This document shows positions 38,062 to 49,510 of a stretch of DNA of 64,000 bases, in pieces. The position numbers and the translations under genes were made by a program. Within the stretch, counting starts at the first letter, position 1, and every line of letters starts with the position of its first letter. The DNA is taken from contig DATMAM010000036.1 in NCBI GenBank assembly GCA_035559995.1, positions 38,305 through 102,304 on the forward strand, given 5' to 3'. This stretch comes from Candidatus Acidiferrales bacterium (lineage in GTDB: Bacteria > Desulfobacterota > Binatia > UBA9968). The notes beneath the pieces are model-generated. The model worked only from the letters and a program-made list of their open reading frames with translations. It was not told the origin of the DNA and ran no database searches.

Positions 38062-41000
38062 ATGGCCGAGGACAGCATCCGCATCGTCGGCGCCAAGCAA
38101 CACAATCTCAAAAATATCAATCTGGAGATCCGCCAGAATGCCCTGACCGTCATCACGGGCGTGAGCGGCTCGGGAAAGTCTACGCTCGCCTTCGATATTC
38201 TTTACGCCGAGGGGCAGCGCCGCTATGTCGAGAGCTTCTCGGCTTACGCGCGGCAGTTTCTCGACCGCATGGACAAGCCGGAGGTCGAGTCCATCGAAGG
38301 CATTCCGCCGGCCATCGCGATCGATCAAAGCCGGCCCGTGAAGACTTCGCGCTCGACGGTCGGCACGATGACCGAGCTGCACGATCATCTCAAGCTGCTT
38401 TTTTCCAAGGTCGCGATTCTGCACTGCCGCGGGTGCGGCCGAGCGGTCGAGCGAGACAGCGCGCAGTCTGTCTTGGGCAAGCTCGCCGCCGCTCCAGAAG
38501 GGACGCCCGTCGTCGTGACCTTTCCGCTTGCGATCCCCGCCGGCGTCCCGTGGAGCGAAGTTCGATCCGGCCTGGAGCGAAGCGGCTTCCGGCGCCTGTT
38601 GCGCGCAGGCGAGCTCCGCGATCTCGAAGAGCTGGAGCACGCTTGCGGAGAATCGGAGATCGAAGTCGTCGTCGACCGGTTCGGCTACCGGCCGGAGGCG
38701 CGCAAGCGCATCACCGACTCTTTGGAGCAGGCTTTTCACTTCGGCAAAGGAAGGCTCAATCTCTACTTTCCCGCCGACGGCTGGCGCCGCGAGCCGTTCA
38801 GCAACCGCCTCCACTGCCCCCATTGCGACATCGCCTATCGCGATCCCGTGCCCAATCTCTTTTCGTTCAATAGCCCGCTCGGCGCGTGCGAGACGTGCCG
38901 GGGATTCGGCCGGGTCATCGACATCGACATGGATCTGGTCATTCCCGATCAGAGTAAATCGCTCGCCGAGGGCGCGATCAAACCCTGGACCACGCAGGCG
39001 CGCGCGCGCCGCTTCCAGCGCCTGCTGGATTTCTGCCGGCGCAAGCGCATCTCGACGAAAAAGCCCTATCGCGAGCTGAGCGAAAGGGAAAAGAGGCTGA
39101 TCTTGGAAGGCGACGGCGAGTTTCGCGGCGTGCGCGGCTGGTTTCGGCGCATGGAGCGGCGCAGCTACCGCATGCACGTGCGCGTGTTTCTCGCGCGCTA
39201 TCGAGGCTATTTTCTCTGCCCGGCTTGCCAGGGAAGCCGGCTCAAGCCGGAAGCGCTCGATTACCGCATCGAGGGGAAAAATATCGCCGAGATCAACGCG
39301 ATGAGCGTCGGGGCCGCCGCGCGTTTTTTCAACGACCTCAAACTTTCGGGACAGGCCGACCAGGTCGCGCGCCTCATTCTCGACGAAATCCGCCGCCGCC
39401 TCGGGTATCTGGTCTCCGTCGGGCTCGAATATCTGACTCTGGATCGCCAGTCGCGCACGCTCTCGGGCGGAGAGCTCGAGCGCGTGGATCTCACCACCGC
39501 GATCGGCTCGTCCCTGGTCAATACGTTGTACGTCCTGGACGAGCCCTCGATCGGCCTTCACCCGCGCGACAGCCACCGGCTGGTGGAGATCTTGCACCGG
39601 CTGCGCGCGAACCAAAACACCGTGGTCGTCGTCGAGCATGACCCCGAGATCATCAAAGAGAGCGACTTTGTCGTCGACCTGGGTCCCGGCGCCGGCGACA
39701 AGGGCGGCGAGGTCGTTTTTGCGGGAAGCTACGACGGGCTGTTGCGCAGCGAGCATTCTTTGACAGGGGCCTATCTGGCGCAGCGCAAGAGCGTTCCGTT
39801 GCCGGCGCGCCGGCGCGCGCCCCTGGGGCAGCGAACCGTTAGGTTTTTCGGCGCGCGCGCCAACAACCTCAAGAACATCGATGTCGAAATTCCCCTGGGC
39901 CTGTTTGTTTGCATCACGGGAGTCTCGGGCTCGGGTAAGTCGAGCCTGGTCGAGGAGGTGATCTACCGCAATCTCAAAAAGCTCAAGGAAGCGCCCGGAT
40001 CGCCGGTCGAGTCGTGCCGCCGCGTGGAAGGAAGCGACAAAGTCGCGGACGTGATCCTCGTGGACCAATCTCCCGTGGGCACCACGCCGCGCTCGAACCC
40101 GGCAACCTACATGAAAGCCTTTGACGGCATCCGCCGGCTGTTCGCCGCCGCCGAGCTTGCGCGCCTGCGCGGGTACACCGCCGCGACGTTCTCCTTCAAC
40201 GTCGAGGGGGGCCGCTGCGAGACGTGCCGCGGCGAAGGCTTCGAAAAGATCGAGATGCAGTTTCTGTCGGACGTTTACGCCACGTGCCCCGAGTGCCGCG
40301 GCAGCCGCTTTCGCGGCGAGGTCCTCGAGGTGCTTTACCGCGGGCGCAATATTCAGCAGGTGTTGAACTTGACGGTGGTCGAAGCGCTGGAGTTTTTCAA
40401 AGACAGCCCGGAGATCGTCGCGGCGCTGGAGCCTTTGCGGCTCGTCGGCCTGGACTACATCCGGCTCGGCCAGCCGTTGACGACGCTCTCGGGAGGGGAG
40501 TCGCAGAGGCTCAAGCTCGCGGCGCACATGGCGAAGGCGCGCCGGGCGGGCACTTTGTTTATTTTCGACGAGCCGACCACCGGCCTTCATTTTCAAGATG
40601 TCGAAAAATTGCTCCACGCCCTCAACGAGCTGGTGGACCAGGGGCACACGGTGCTCGTGATCGAGCACAACATGGACGTGATCAAGTGCGCCGATCATAT
40701 CATCGACCTCGGGCCCGAAGGGGGCGACGGCGGCGGCGAGATCGTCGCGGTCGGCACCCCCGCGGAGATCGCGCGGAACGAGCGCTCCCATACCGGCCGC
40801 TATCTGGCGTCGTATCTGGGCCGAGCCGGCTCGCCCTTTCATCCCGTGCTGGAGAAAAAGGTTCAGGGGTGGCGGGGCTCGGACGGTGACGGGTCGGCCG
40901 GCGCGGGCGATGGCGAGAACGCGATCACGATCGTGGGGGCAAAGGAGCACAACCTCAAGAACATTGACCTAAAAATTCCGCGCGATCGGTTTGTGGTGAT

Positions 41001-43761
41001 CACGGGCCTGAGCGGCTCCGGCAAGTCCTCGCTCGCGTTCGATATCGTGTATGCCGAGGGACAGCGCCGCTACATCGACAGCCTGTCCGCCTACGCGCGG
41101 CAGTTTCTCAAGATCATGGCGCGGCCCAACGTGGATCTTGTTTCCGGTATCCCGCCCACCGTTGCGATCGAGCAGCGCCTGAGCCAGGGCGGGCGCAAAT
41201 CCACGGTCGCAACCGTAACCGAAATTTATCATTATCTGCGCCTGTTGTACGCCAAAGTCGGCGAGCAGCACTGCGTCGGGTGCGGCCGTGCGATCACGAG
41301 CTTGTCCAAAAGCCAGATTTTGGATCGCATCGCGCGCGCTCACCGCGGCAAGGAGGTCACGGTCCTGAGCCCGATCGTGCGCGGCCGCAAAGGATTCCAC
41401 AAAGAAGTGATTTCCGGAGCGGCGCGGCTCGGCTATCGCCGGGCGCGCATCGACGGCAAGATCGTCGATCTCCGCGCGCCCGAGCTGCGCCCGGGCCTCG
41501 AGCGCTTCCGCGAGCACGATATCGACATCGTGATCGGCAAGGCGAAAGCCGGAACTCAGGAGCTCGCGCGGATCGTCGATCAGGGCCTGCGGCTCGGAAA
41601 CGACATCATTCATCTGATCGGCGCGGGCAAAGAGCAGATTTTCAACCAGCGGCTTTTCTGCCACCGCTGCGGCGTGGGTTACGACCCGCTCGATCCGCGC
41701 CTGTTTTCGTTCAACAGCCGCCAGGGCGCGTGCGACGATTGCGGCGGGATGGGCGTGCATTGGGAGTTCGATCAGGCGCTGTTTCTCGCCGACGAGGAAA
41801 AATCACTCGCTGAGGTCGTCGAGGCGCTCGGATCGGGACGGCCGGAGCTGAAAAAAGCGCTTTACCGGCTTCTGCGCCAAGCCGAAGAAGGCGGCGTCGA
41901 CATCCACAGGCCGTTTGCGCGCCTGGGGGAGCGGAGCAAAAACTACGCGCTCCACGGCGGCCAAAAGCCGGTCCCCTTCCAGGGCTTCCTCTCTTACCTG
42001 ACGAGTCTCTTTAACGGTGCCGACGACGACCTTTCCGCGTATCTGTGGCAATTCATGAGCGAGGCGGTTTGCCCGACCTGCCAGGGGCGCCGCCTCAACG
42101 CGAGAGCGCAGGCGGTCAAGGTCGACGGGCGGGCCATCTGGGAGGTTACCGCGCTTTCGGTCCAGGACGCGCTCGCGTACGTTCACGGGCTGAAGGAAAA
42201 GATCGGCGCCGCCGCCGAGCGCGATCGGGCGGTCGTCGAGCGGGTCCTGCGCGAGATCGCGCAGCGGCTAAAGTTTCTCTGCGAGGTGGGGCTTTCCTAC
42301 CTCACTTTGGATCGGGCCGCCGATACGCTTTCAGGCGGGGAGGCGCAGCGCATCCGCCTCGCGGCGCAGCTCGGGTCGAACCTGCGCGGCGTCTGCTACA
42401 TCCTGGACGAGCCCACGATCGGGCTTCATCCGCGCGACAACCATATGCTGCTCGGAACCTTGAGGCGGCTGCGCGAGCAGGGAAACACCGTGCTGGTCGT
42501 CGAGCACGACGATGCCACGATTCGCTCCTCCGATCTCGTCGTCGATTTGGGTCCGGGAGCGGGAGTGCACGGCGGCCGGGTGGTCGCGATCGGCACCGCG
42601 GCCGAGATCATGGCGAACCCCGTCTCGGTCACCGGCGCTTACTTGAGCGCGCGGCGGCGGCGCACCTGGCCGGGCCGGCTGTTTGCCGGAGTTTCGTGGC
42701 TGACGGTCCACGGCGCGCGCGCGAACAATCTTAAAAATATCGACGTGCGGTTTCCTCTGGGAGCTTGGACGTGCGTGACGGGCGTTTCGGGTTCGGGCAA
42801 GAGCACGCTCGTGAAAGAGGTTCTTTACCGGGGGGTGAAAATGAAGCTCGGACAGTTCGACGGCCGCCCCGGCGCGCACCGCAGCATCACGGGCTGGGAG
42901 AAGCTCGAGCGCGCGGTCGAGGTCGATCAAACGCCGATCGGGAAAACGCCGCGCTCCATTCCCGCGTCTTATGTCGGCTTTCTCGATGAAATCCGCAGGC
43001 TCTTCACGCTCGCTCCCGAGGCGCGGATGCGCGGCTACACGCCGAGTCGGTTTTCGTTCAACGTCCCCGGCGGGCGCTGCGAGCAATGCGCCGGGCAGGG
43101 AAAGATCAAAAAGGAAATGAGCTTTCTACCGGACGTTTTCGTCGATTGCGACGCCTGCGGCGGCGAGCGCTTCAACGAGGAAACCCTGAGCATTCGCTAC
43201 AACGGCAAGAACATCGCCGATGTCCTCCGCATGACGGTCGAGGAGGCGGCGGAATTCTTTCACGCCTTTCCCAAGATCGCCGGCCCGCTCGAAGTGCTCG
43301 ACGAGATCGGTATGGGCTATATCACGCTCGGGCAGGCCAGCACGACGCTTTCGGGCGGCGAAGCGCAGAGGATCAAGCTCGCGTACGAGCTGGCAAAGCA
43401 GTCGCGCGGCAAGACGCTCTACGTGCTCGACGAGCCGACGACCGGTCTCCATTTCGCCGACGTGGAGAAGCTGATTCACATCCTGCACCGGCTGGTGGAA
43501 ATGGGCAACACCGTCGTGACGATCGAGCACAATCTCGACATCATCAAGGAGGCCGACTATTTGCTCGACCTCGGACCCGAAGGAGGCGATGCGGGCGGAT
43601 ACGTGGTCGCTGCGGGGCCGCCTTTGAACGTGATCAACGACGGCGCCGCTTCCTACACGGCGCGCTATCTCCGGGACTATCTCAACGGCTCGGTTTCGCC
43701 GGTTGAGGGCGCTGTGCTTCCTTCGCCTCGTTCCACCACGCGTCCATCTGTTCGAGAGTGA
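38062..43761 (+). CDS. uvrA: tandem-duplicated excinuclease ABC subunit A (UvrA-UvrA fusion, 1899 aa)
   Basis: Two complete UvrA modules. aa 1-~925: [43 protein letters not shown]. aa ~952-1899: [43 protein letters not shown]. Each has two Walker A motifs, two LSGGE signatures and all three Cys4 modules. Confidence 0.9.
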   Translation: MAEDSIRIVGAKQHNLKNINLEIRQNALTVITGVSGSGKSTLAFDILYAEGQRRYVESFSAYARQFLDRMDKPEVESIEGIPPAIAIDQSRPVKTSRSTVGTMTELHDHLKLLFSKVAILHCRGCGRAVERDSAQSVLGKLAAAPEGTPVVVTFPLAIPAGVPWSEVRSGLERSGFRRLLRAGELRDLEELEHACGESEIEVVVDRFGYRPEARKRITDSLEQAFHFGKGRLNLYFPADGWRREPFSNRLHCPHCDIAYRDPVPNLFSFNSPLGACETCRGFGRVIDIDMDLVIPDQSKSLAEGAIKPWTTQARARRFQRLLDFCRRKRISTKKPYRELSEREKRLILEGDGEFRGVRGWFRRMERRSYRMHVRVFLARYRGYFLCPACQGSRLKPEALDYRIEGKNIAEINAMSVGAAARFFNDLKLSGQADQVARLILDEIRRRLGYLVSVGLEYLTLDRQSRTLSGGELERVDLTTAIGSSLVNTLYVLDEPSIGLHPRDSHRLVEILHRLRANQNTVVVVEHDPEIIKESDFVVDLGPGAGDKGGEVVFAGSYDGLLRSEHSLTGAYLAQRKSVPLPARRRAPLGQRTVRFFGARANNLKNIDVEIPLGLFVCITGVSGSGKSSLVEEVIYRNLKKLKEAPGSPVESCRRVEGSDKVADVILVDQSPVGTTPRSNPATYMKAFDGIRRLFAAAELARLRGYTAATFSFNVEGGRCETCRGEGFEKIEMQFLSDVYATCPECRGSRFRGEVLEVLYRGRNIQQVLNLTVVEALEFFKDSPEIVAALEPLRLVGLDYIRLGQPLTTLSGGESQRLKLAAHMAKARRAGTLFIFDEPTTGLHFQDVEKLLHALNELVDQGHTVLVIEHNMDVIKCADHIIDLGPEGGDGGGEIVAVGTPAEIARNERSHTGRYLASYLGRAGSPFHPVLEKKVQGWRGSDGDGSAGAGDGENAITIVGAKEHNLKNIDLKIPRDRFVVITGLSGSGKSSLAFDIVYAEGQRRYIDSLSAYARQFLKIMARPNVDLVSGIPPTVAIEQRLSQGGRKSTVATVTEIYHYLRLLYAKVGEQHCVGCGRAITSLSKSQILDRIARAHRGKEVTVLSPIVRGRKGFHKEVISGAARLGYRRARIDGKIVDLRAPELRPGLERFREHDIDIVIGKAKAGTQELARIVDQGLRLGNDIIHLIGAGKEQIFNQRLFCHRCGVGYDPLDPRLFSFNSRQGACDDCGGMGVHWEFDQALFLADEEKSLAEVVEALGSGRPELKKALYRLLRQAEEGGVDIHRPFARLGERSKNYALHGGQKPVPFQGFLSYLTSLFNGADDDLSAYLWQFMSEAVCPTCQGRRLNARAQAVKVDGRAIWEVTALSVQDALAYVHGLKEKIGAAAERDRAVVERVLREIAQRLKFLCEVGLSYLTLDRAADTLSGGEAQRIRLAAQLGSNLRGVCYILDEPTIGLHPRDNHMLLGTLRRLREQGNTVLVVEHDDATIRSSDLVVDLGPGAGVHGGRVVAIGTAAEIMANPVSVTGAYLSARRRRTWPGRLFAGVSWLTVHGARANNLKNIDVRFPLGAWTCVTGVSGSGKSTLVKEVLYRGVKMKLGQFDGRPGAHRSITGWEKLERAVEVDQTPIGKTPRSIPASYVGFLDEIRRLFTLAPEARMRGYTPSRFSFNVPGGRCEQCAGQGKIKKEMSFLPDVFVDCDACGGERFNEETLSIRYNGKNIADVLRMTVEEAAEFFHAFPKIAGPLEVLDEIGMGYITLGQASTTLSGGEAQRIKLAYELAKQSRGKTLYVLDEPTTGLHFADVEKLIHILHRLVEMGNTVVTIEHNLDIIKEADYLLDLGPEGGDAGGYVVAAGPPLNVINDGAASYTARYLRDYLNGSVSPVEGAVLPSPRSTTRPSVRE

Positions 43762-44518
43762 GCTCGCGCAGCTCCTTGCCGGCCTGCCGGGCTCGCTCTT
43801 CGATATAGTGGAAGCGCTCGATGAAGCGCGCGATCGCGCGGCGCAGCGCGTCTTCGGGATTTACGGCGAGAAAGCGCGCGAGGTTGACGAGCGCAAACAA
43901 CAGATCGCCGAACTCCTCCTCCACGCGCCGCTTCTCGCTTCCGTCTGCGGCTGGTTTTTGGCGCGCGGCGGCGCGCAGCTCGCGGCACTCTTCCTCGACT
44001 TTTTGGATGACGCCGCCGGCGTCGGGCCAGTCGAAGCCCACGCGCGCCGCGCGTTCCTGAATCTGGAGCGCGCGAAGGAGCGCGGGGAGGCTTACCGCGA
44101 CGCCGTCCAGAACCGAGCCCGCCTGTTTCTTTTCTTGGCGCTCGTTTTGTTTGAGGACTTCCCATTGGGCGAGCACGGCCGCCGCGGTCCGAGGCTTCTC
44201 GTCGGATTTCATGTCGCCAAACACGTGCGGGTGGCGGCGGACGAGTTTTTCGTTCAGGCGCGCGATAACGTCTTCGATCGTGAAGCGCTTGTCTTCCGCT
44301 GCAATTTGCGCGTGAAAGACGACCTGCAGGAGAAGGTCGCCCAGCTCTTCGCGCAGGCGCCCGGCGTCGCCGCGATCGATCGCCTCGAGCACTTCATAGG
44401 CCTCCTCGAGCAGGTTGGGCTTGAGCGAGTCGTGCGTTTGCTCGCGATCCCACGGGCAGCCGCCGGGCGAGCGGAGCTTCTCCAACAGAGCGACGAGCCG
44501 GTCAAAATTCTCGGACAT
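43682..44518 (-). CDS. mazG: nucleoside triphosphate pyrophosphohydrolase MazG
   Basis: ORF 43682..45010 trimmed to ATG 44518 ([29 protein letters not shown]...[10 protein letters not shown]). Tandem MazG domains, 278 aa. The longer form would overlap the NIPSNAP gene. Confidence 0.85.
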   Translation of the reverse strand: MSENFDRLVALLEKLRSPGGCPWDREQTHDSLKPNLLEEAYEVLEAIDRGDAGRLREELGDLLLQVVFHAQIAAEDKRFTIEDVIARLNEKLVRRHPHVFGDMKSDEKPRTAAAVLAQWEVLKQNERQEKKQAGSVLDGVAVSLPALLRALQIQERAARVGFDWPDAGGVIQKVEEECRELRAAARQKPAADGSEKRRVEEEFGDLLFALVNLARFLAVNPEDALRRAIARFIERFHYIEERARQAGKELRELTLEQMDAWWNEAKEAQRPQPAKPSR

Positions 44519-44613
44519 GGTGAACCGTTTGCGCGACGCCGGGCGCCGGCCTCCGGGGCACAGAAATCCGCCGCGAATCTCCAGCTTTTTCGGCCAAAAG
44601 CGGGCCGAGCGGC

Positions 44614-45228
44614 CTAGTGCAGCGGCGAAAACGGCGCCGGGATGCCGATCATGTTTTCCTGTTTGACCAGAAATTCGCGCGTCGGCGGCGGCCACTGCCC
44701 GCTCTTCATCGCTTCGGCGCGAATGCGGTCGCGCGCGGCGCCGTCCTCGTAAGGCCAGATGTGGATGAACTGGTTGAGCGGCCCGATGGCGGTCGTCCAG
44801 CAAGCCGCCAGAGGCGAAAGCTTGGTGCGGCCGTCGATCAGCTTCGCCCAGCGCTCGAGGACGGTGGGGATCGTGCCGGGCTTGTAGGTGTAGGTCCGGA
44901 TCTCGTAAATGTTGCCCAGTTTCTTGTCTCCCAGCGGCGGCGAGAAGGGCGCGGGAACGACGATCTTGCTCTCCTGCGTGACAATGAACTCGTGCGTCTT
45001 GGGGGGCCATTTGCCGGTCTTGCGCGCTTCCTGGCCGATGCGCTCCCGCGCCTCGAAGCTGTCGTAAGGCCAGCAGTGAATCACCTGGTTGAGCGTGCCG
45101 ATATCCGAATGCCAGAAGGCGCCGAGCGGGGAAAACTGCAGGCGGGCGGGGAGGCCCTCGGTAAACGCGGCGAGAAAATCCTGCAGCGCGCCCGGCTTGA
45201 GCGTATAGGTGCGCATTTCGATGATCAT
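44614..45228 (-). CDS. NIPSNAP family protein (two NIPSNAP repeats)
   Basis: MIIEMRTYTLKPG...VIHCWPYDSF, and a second repeat IYEIRTYTYKPG...FIHIWPYED. Confidence 0.8.
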   Translation of the reverse strand: MIIEMRTYTLKPGALQDFLAAFTEGLPARLQFSPLGAFWHSDIGTLNQVIHCWPYDSFEARERIGQEARKTGKWPPKTHEFIVTQESKIVVPAPFSPPLGDKKLGNIYEIRTYTYKPGTIPTVLERWAKLIDGRTKLSPLAACWTTAIGPLNQFIHIWPYEDGAARDRIRAEAMKSGQWPPPTREFLVKQENMIGIPAPFSPLH

Positions 45229-45300
45229 GATCGCCTCCTTGGTATTTTGCTCCTTGTGTGCCTTCCGTGGAAAGAAAGTCGGCGTCTCCTTCTTTTCGTC

Positions 45301-45320
45301 ATGCCCGCGGAGGCGGGCAT
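45301..45320. repeat. REP-like GC hairpin ATGCCCGC-GGAG-GCGGGCAT
   Basis: 8-bp perfect stem with a 4-nt loop. This sequence type yields the spurious MPAEAGIQ peptide seen in ORF 44617..45333. Confidence 0.5.
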
Positions 45321-45399
45321 CCAGGATCGTTAGGTTTCCCGGACCCGGGGCGCGCTAGCGCGAGTGCGGTCCGGGGCCGTCTGGGATGACGCCTTTGCG

Positions 45400-46440
45400 C
45401 TACCTTCTCGCGCCGTCCGGTACCTCACCGCCCCAGATTTCCCTGAGAAAGCCGCTCTTTGTCAAGTTCTCGGCAAAGGAGTTGTCGACCAGCTCCGGCG
45501 CTTTTTTCCTGACGCTTGTCCCTTGCTCGCGGGCGATCTCCATGGCGGCGGCGACCGCGTCGACCGGCACGAGCATGCGGCGGTTGACGATCGCCTTCGC
45601 GTAGGCGTTGTACGCCGACTGCAGGGCTTCCGGGTCGGCCGTCTTCATCGCTTTTGCCATCGACGCTTTTGCTTTGTCCGGATTGTTGTCGACAAAAGCC
45701 AGCGATTCGGCCATCGCGGCGACGAACCGCTGCACCAACAGGGGTCGCTCCTTCAGGCTTTTGAGGTTGGTGTGAACGGAGCTGTAGATGAACGGGATGT
45801 CAAGGTCGCCCAAGGTATAGATCACGTTAAAGCCGTCTTTTTTGCCGCGCACGTCGAGCGGCGGCGTGATCACCAGCGCCTGCACGATGTCCTGCAACAT
45901 CGCGTGGTAACGCTCGGATTGGCTGCCGCCGATCGGGCGGATTTTCACGTCCCCCTCGGACAGGTTGAATTTCTTGAGCACGGCTTTGGAGAGCCGAAAA
46001 CTCAGGTCGCCGGGGCGCGTCACGCCGATCGTCTTGCCCTTCAGGTCCTCGGGCCGCTTGATGTCTTTGCGCGCCAGCATCACGTAGGGGAGGCCGACGA
46101 GCGGGGAGGCGACCAGCTTGACGTCGATCCCGCTGGCCATCCCGGGGATGGTCGCGTCGGCGGCGCAGTACAGAAACTGAACTTCGTCGAAGGCCATGGC
46201 CGCGAGCGCGACGCCGCTCCCGCGAATAAAGACGTTGCTCGCCTTGATGCCGTACTTGTCGAAAAGGCCGTGGTCGAGCGCCGTATAGAGATGCACAAAA
46301 CCGCCGGAGACCGCGCAAGTGGCAACGCGCACGCTGGCGGGAGGCTCGCCCGCTTTGGCGAGGTAAGGATTGGCGTCAGCCAAACGGGGGAAGCAAAAAA
46401 GTTCGAGCGTCAGCAGCGCGAGGAAAAAATTGCTTTTCAT
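45400..46440 (-). CDS. ABC transporter substrate-binding protein, NMT1/THI5-like (NitT/TauT family)
   Basis: Signal peptide MKSNFFLALLTLELFCFPRLADA, 346 aa, family-typical layout. No transporter partner is adjacent. Confidence 0.7.
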   Translation of the reverse strand: MKSNFFLALLTLELFCFPRLADANPYLAKAGEPPASVRVATCAVSGGFVHLYTALDHGLFDKYGIKASNVFIRGSGVALAAMAFDEVQFLYCAADATIPGMASGIDVKLVASPLVGLPYVMLARKDIKRPEDLKGKTIGVTRPGDLSFRLSKAVLKKFNLSEGDVKIRPIGGSQSERYHAMLQDIVQALVITPPLDVRGKKDGFNVIYTLGDLDIPFIYSSVHTNLKSLKERPLLVQRFVAAMAESLAFVDNNPDKAKASMAKAMKTADPEALQSAYNAYAKAIVNRRMLVPVDAVAAAMEIAREQGTSVRKKAPELVDNSFAENLTKSGFLREIWGGEVPDGARR

Positions 46441-46523
46441 GCGATAGGTCGCTGGCTTTTGGTTTTGGGAGAGAATAGAAAAAAGTCATCGTTGCGTCAA
46501 TCGATCTCGCGCCGGGAGGACGG

Positions 46524-47333
46524 ATGCAAACCAAGGAGCTTGGCACAACGGGAGTACAAATCCCCGAAATCGGGCTCGGCACGTGGCAGTACCGCGGCGG
46601 CGTCGAGCCGTTGCGGAGAGGGATCGAGCGGGGAGCTTTTCTCATCGACACGGCCGAGATGTACGGCACCGAAGGCGTCGTGGGAGAAGCGATCAAGGGA
46701 ATTCGGGACAAAGTGTTTGTCGCAACGAAAGTGACCGGCACGCACCTGCGCTATGACGAGGTTCTGCGCGCCGCCGAGGGGAGTCTCAAGCGCCTCGGGG
46801 TGGAGCGCATCGACCTTTACCAGATTCACTGGCCGGACCGGAGCGTTCCCATCGCCGAGACGATGGCGGCGATGGAAAAGCTCGTCGACGACGGGAAGGT
46901 GCGCTATATCGGCGTGAGTAATTTTTATCTTGCGGATCTTGCGCAAGCCGAGCGGGCGATGAAGAAGTACCGGATCGTCGCCAATCAGGTCAAATATTCC
47001 CTGTTGCAACGAGGCATCGAGAAAGACCTCATGGCGTATTGTCAAAAGAACGGGATCACGATCATCGCTTACAGCCCGTTGGGAAAGGGCGAGCTGGTCT
47101 CGGTGCCGCTTCTCAGGAGAAGAAACGCCATGAAGGTGCTGCAGAATGTCGCCAGAGAAACGGGAAAAACGATGGCGCAAGTGGCGCTGAACTGGTGCAT
47201 CGTCAAGCCGAACGTGGTCGCGATTCCCAAATCCGACAGCGTGGAGCGAACGGTTGAAAACTGCGGCGCATCGGGGTGGAGGTTATCGGAAGCTGAGATG
47301 CGAGCGTTAAATGAAGCGTTCCCGAGCGACTGA
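46524..47333 (+). CDS. aldo/keto reductase
   Basis: LGTTGVQIPEIGLGTWQY...IDTAEMYG...DLYQIHWPD...IGVSNF. Confidence 0.9.
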   Translation: MQTKELGTTGVQIPEIGLGTWQYRGGVEPLRRGIERGAFLIDTAEMYGTEGVVGEAIKGIRDKVFVATKVTGTHLRYDEVLRAAEGSLKRLGVERIDLYQIHWPDRSVPIAETMAAMEKLVDDGKVRYIGVSNFYLADLAQAERAMKKYRIVANQVKYSLLQRGIEKDLMAYCQKNGITIIAYSPLGKGELVSVPLLRRRNAMKVLQNVARETGKTMAQVALNWCIVKPNVVAIPKSDSVERTVENCGASGWRLSEAEMRALNEAFPSD

Positions 47334-47428
47334 CCAAAACGAAGCCAGAACCATCAAACGCCGGCGACGTCTGGCTTGGGCCGGGATCGAGGGTGTGGTA
47401 AGATCCTAGTTATTCGGAGCGAGGTACA

Positions 47429-47995
47429 ATGAGCTTGTCGGAGTCTACTATTCCGCGTCACCGGATCACGGTGGACGAATACTACCGCATGGCCGAGGTG
47501 GGTATTCTTGCACCCGAAGCGCGTGTCGAGCTGATCGAGGGAGAAATCATCGATATGACTCCGATAGGAACACGTCACATGGGAGTTGTCGACTGCCTGA
47601 ATCGGATCCTCACGGTCGCGGTCGGGGAGCGTGCTATTGTGCGGATTCAGGGTCCGGTGCGTCTCGATAACCGCTCAGAGCCTGAACCCGATATCGCCTT
47701 GCTCAAACCCCGGGGTGACTTTTATCGGGATAAGCATCCGACCGCTGAAGACATCCTCTTGATCATTGACGTCTCCGACACCATGGTCGCGTACGATCGG
47801 TCGGTGAAAATTCCGCTCTACGCGAGGCATGGGCTACCGGAAGTGTGGCTGATCGATTTGCAGGCCGGTCGCGTCCACGTCCATCGCAGCCCGCAAAACG
47901 GGGTCTACACGGATATTTCGACGCGGGATCGGTCAAGTGTCGTTACGCTGTTATTGCTGCCAGACATATCCATCGATTTTGGCGCTATTCTCTAA
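47429..47995 (+). CDS. Uma2 family (DUF820) putative endonuclease
   Basis: ITVDEYYRMAEVGILAPEARVELIEGEIIDMTPIG..H and PDIALL...IIDVSD...D...K..LY match the Uma2 family pattern. The local GC content is visibly lower. Confidence 0.85.
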   Translation: MSLSESTIPRHRITVDEYYRMAEVGILAPEARVELIEGEIIDMTPIGTRHMGVVDCLNRILTVAVGERAIVRIQGPVRLDNRSEPEPDIALLKPRGDFYRDKHPTAEDILLIIDVSDTMVAYDRSVKIPLYARHGLPEVWLIDLQAGRVHVHRSPQNGVYTDISTRDRSSVVTLLLLPDISIDFGAIL

Positions 47996-48019
47996 GAGTG
48001 TACTTCCCGGCTTCATGCC

Positions 48020-49303
48020 CTAAGCCGTTGTTAGCCCCGTTTGTTTTTTGACGGTCGTTCGGTACGCCGCCCAGAGAGCTAAACCGACGGCCAGGAGAAC
48101 CGGCCTGCTCGAGGGATAGATAAAGGCAAGTCCTGCGAGAAGGCCGAAGACGCCTCCGGAAGTCTGAATAAATTTGAGCTCCGTCGTCACGTTTCCGGTG
48201 AGCATGCGTTCGAGCCCCTGCTCGTCGAGCTTGCTCAGCTGGGCTTTCACGACCTGCTTGATGTCGAGATTGTGCAGGGCTTCCACGATCGCCCTGGTGA
48301 TGAGCGACTCGATCCGGCTGTTCTCCCGCTCCATGATTTGCGGAACTTGATTGAGGGATCGTTCGACGTGCGCAATCACGCTGTCGGTAGCTTGGGGAAG
48401 GTCCGGCAAGGCCTGTATGACCTCTTTCACCACCAGAGGACCCCAGAGCTCCTTCGTCCATTCGGCGATCTTCGCGCCCAGGCTCTCGCCCGTCCAATCG
48501 CTGATTTTGGCGCGCACGAGCCGTTCCACCGAGCGGCGCGTTTCCGGGCTGGTCGCGAACTTGTGAACGATGCCGTAGACGAGCCCTTTTAGCTCCTGGC
48601 GGAAACGGGGGTTCTCAAGCGTGTCCTGCAAGGCGCAAGCGGTCTCGTTGACAAAACGCTGGATGACCGCGCTCTTGTGCAGGTGCTCCTGAACGATCTC
48701 CGGCGAGATCAGTTGCTTCATGACGCCGGCGGCGATGCCGTCGATCAGCTCTTCCCGCCGCGCCGGCACCAGTCCCCACCAAACGGCGTTCTTGCGCCGC
48801 GGGTGGAAAAGCATCTTGACCGCGAGCCAGTTGGTCCAAAAGCCGACGGCCGTCGGAGTCAGAACGGTCAGGACCGGGTCGGCGACCGCCGCGATCGCCC
48901 CGTACGTGGCGCTCGAAACGGCCAACTGGAGAACGGAGTCCGCGGCAAACCACGCCGAGATCACGATCCCCGAATAAAAAAACGGCCAGTACAGAAGGTT
49001 GAGCGCTGCGGCAACCTTGAGGGAAAGCGGTTTTTTCGCGCGGGCCGGGGCAGAAAGAACTTCCGCAGGAGCCGCCGACTTTCTGCGGGCGAGCGCAAGC
49101 TTGCGCGTGAGCGTGCGCACCCATTTGAGGACGAATTGGCGCGGCTGGACTCGCGGCAGGTCTTGCGGCCACGACGAGCCTGCGGCCGATCCGGCGGCGC
49201 CCTCGTCCTCAAAAAGAGCCTCTCGTTTGAGACGCGTTTTTTTGAGGAGATTGGTCAGCGCCGCCCCGATACCGATCAGAAACGCCACACCGGAGGAGTA
49301 CAT
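48020..49303 (-). CDS. DUF445 / UPF0754-like membrane protein
   Basis: FWTNWLAVKMLFHPRRK...GLVPARREELIDGIAAGVMKQLISPE resembles the YheB/DUF445 signature. Hydrophobic N- and C-termini. Confidence 0.6.
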   Translation of the reverse strand: MYSSGVAFLIGIGAALTNLLKKTRLKREALFEDEGAAGSAAGSSWPQDLPRVQPRQFVLKWVRTLTRKLALARRKSAAPAEVLSAPARAKKPLSLKVAAALNLLYWPFFYSGIVISAWFAADSVLQLAVSSATYGAIAAVADPVLTVLTPTAVGFWTNWLAVKMLFHPRRKNAVWWGLVPARREELIDGIAAGVMKQLISPEIVQEHLHKSAVIQRFVNETACALQDTLENPRFRQELKGLVYGIVHKFATSPETRRSVERLVRAKISDWTGESLGAKIAEWTKELWGPLVVKEVIQALPDLPQATDSVIAHVERSLNQVPQIMERENSRIESLITRAIVEALHNLDIKQVVKAQLSKLDEQGLERMLTGNVTTELKFIQTSGGVFGLLAGLAFIYPSSRPVLLAVGLALWAAYRTTVKKQTGLTTA

Positions 49304-49510
49304 GGAATCCCTAAGAGCCGACGATCCACTGGAGCCCTTTGCTCCGCTCAGCGCGACTTGCGAGCGCGGCGGGAAACGGGACCCTCCGGAGGGGGAAAGA
49401 TCGTTCCCTCGGCGAGCGGAGCTCGGGGGCTCCTTTAAAAGAAACAGAGTCGCTGCGATGCGGCGGCGCGTTATGGCGCAGGCGAGCGGGCATGATGGGT
49501 TGGTCGTCGG

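Noticed and set aside
37681-40950. 1089-aa minus-strand ORF, the second longest in the track
   Set aside because: It is antisense to the textbook UvrA coding sequence. Its composition is Arg/Ala/Gly/Pro-rich and low-complexity, with no recognisable motifs. This is a typical stop-codon-poor shadow ORF in GC-rich DNA.
45301-45320. GC hairpin as an intrinsic terminator for the NMT1-like or NIPSNAP genes
   Set aside because: No U-tract follows it on either strand. It more likely belongs to a generic REP-like palindrome (the MPAEAGIQ-type sequence).
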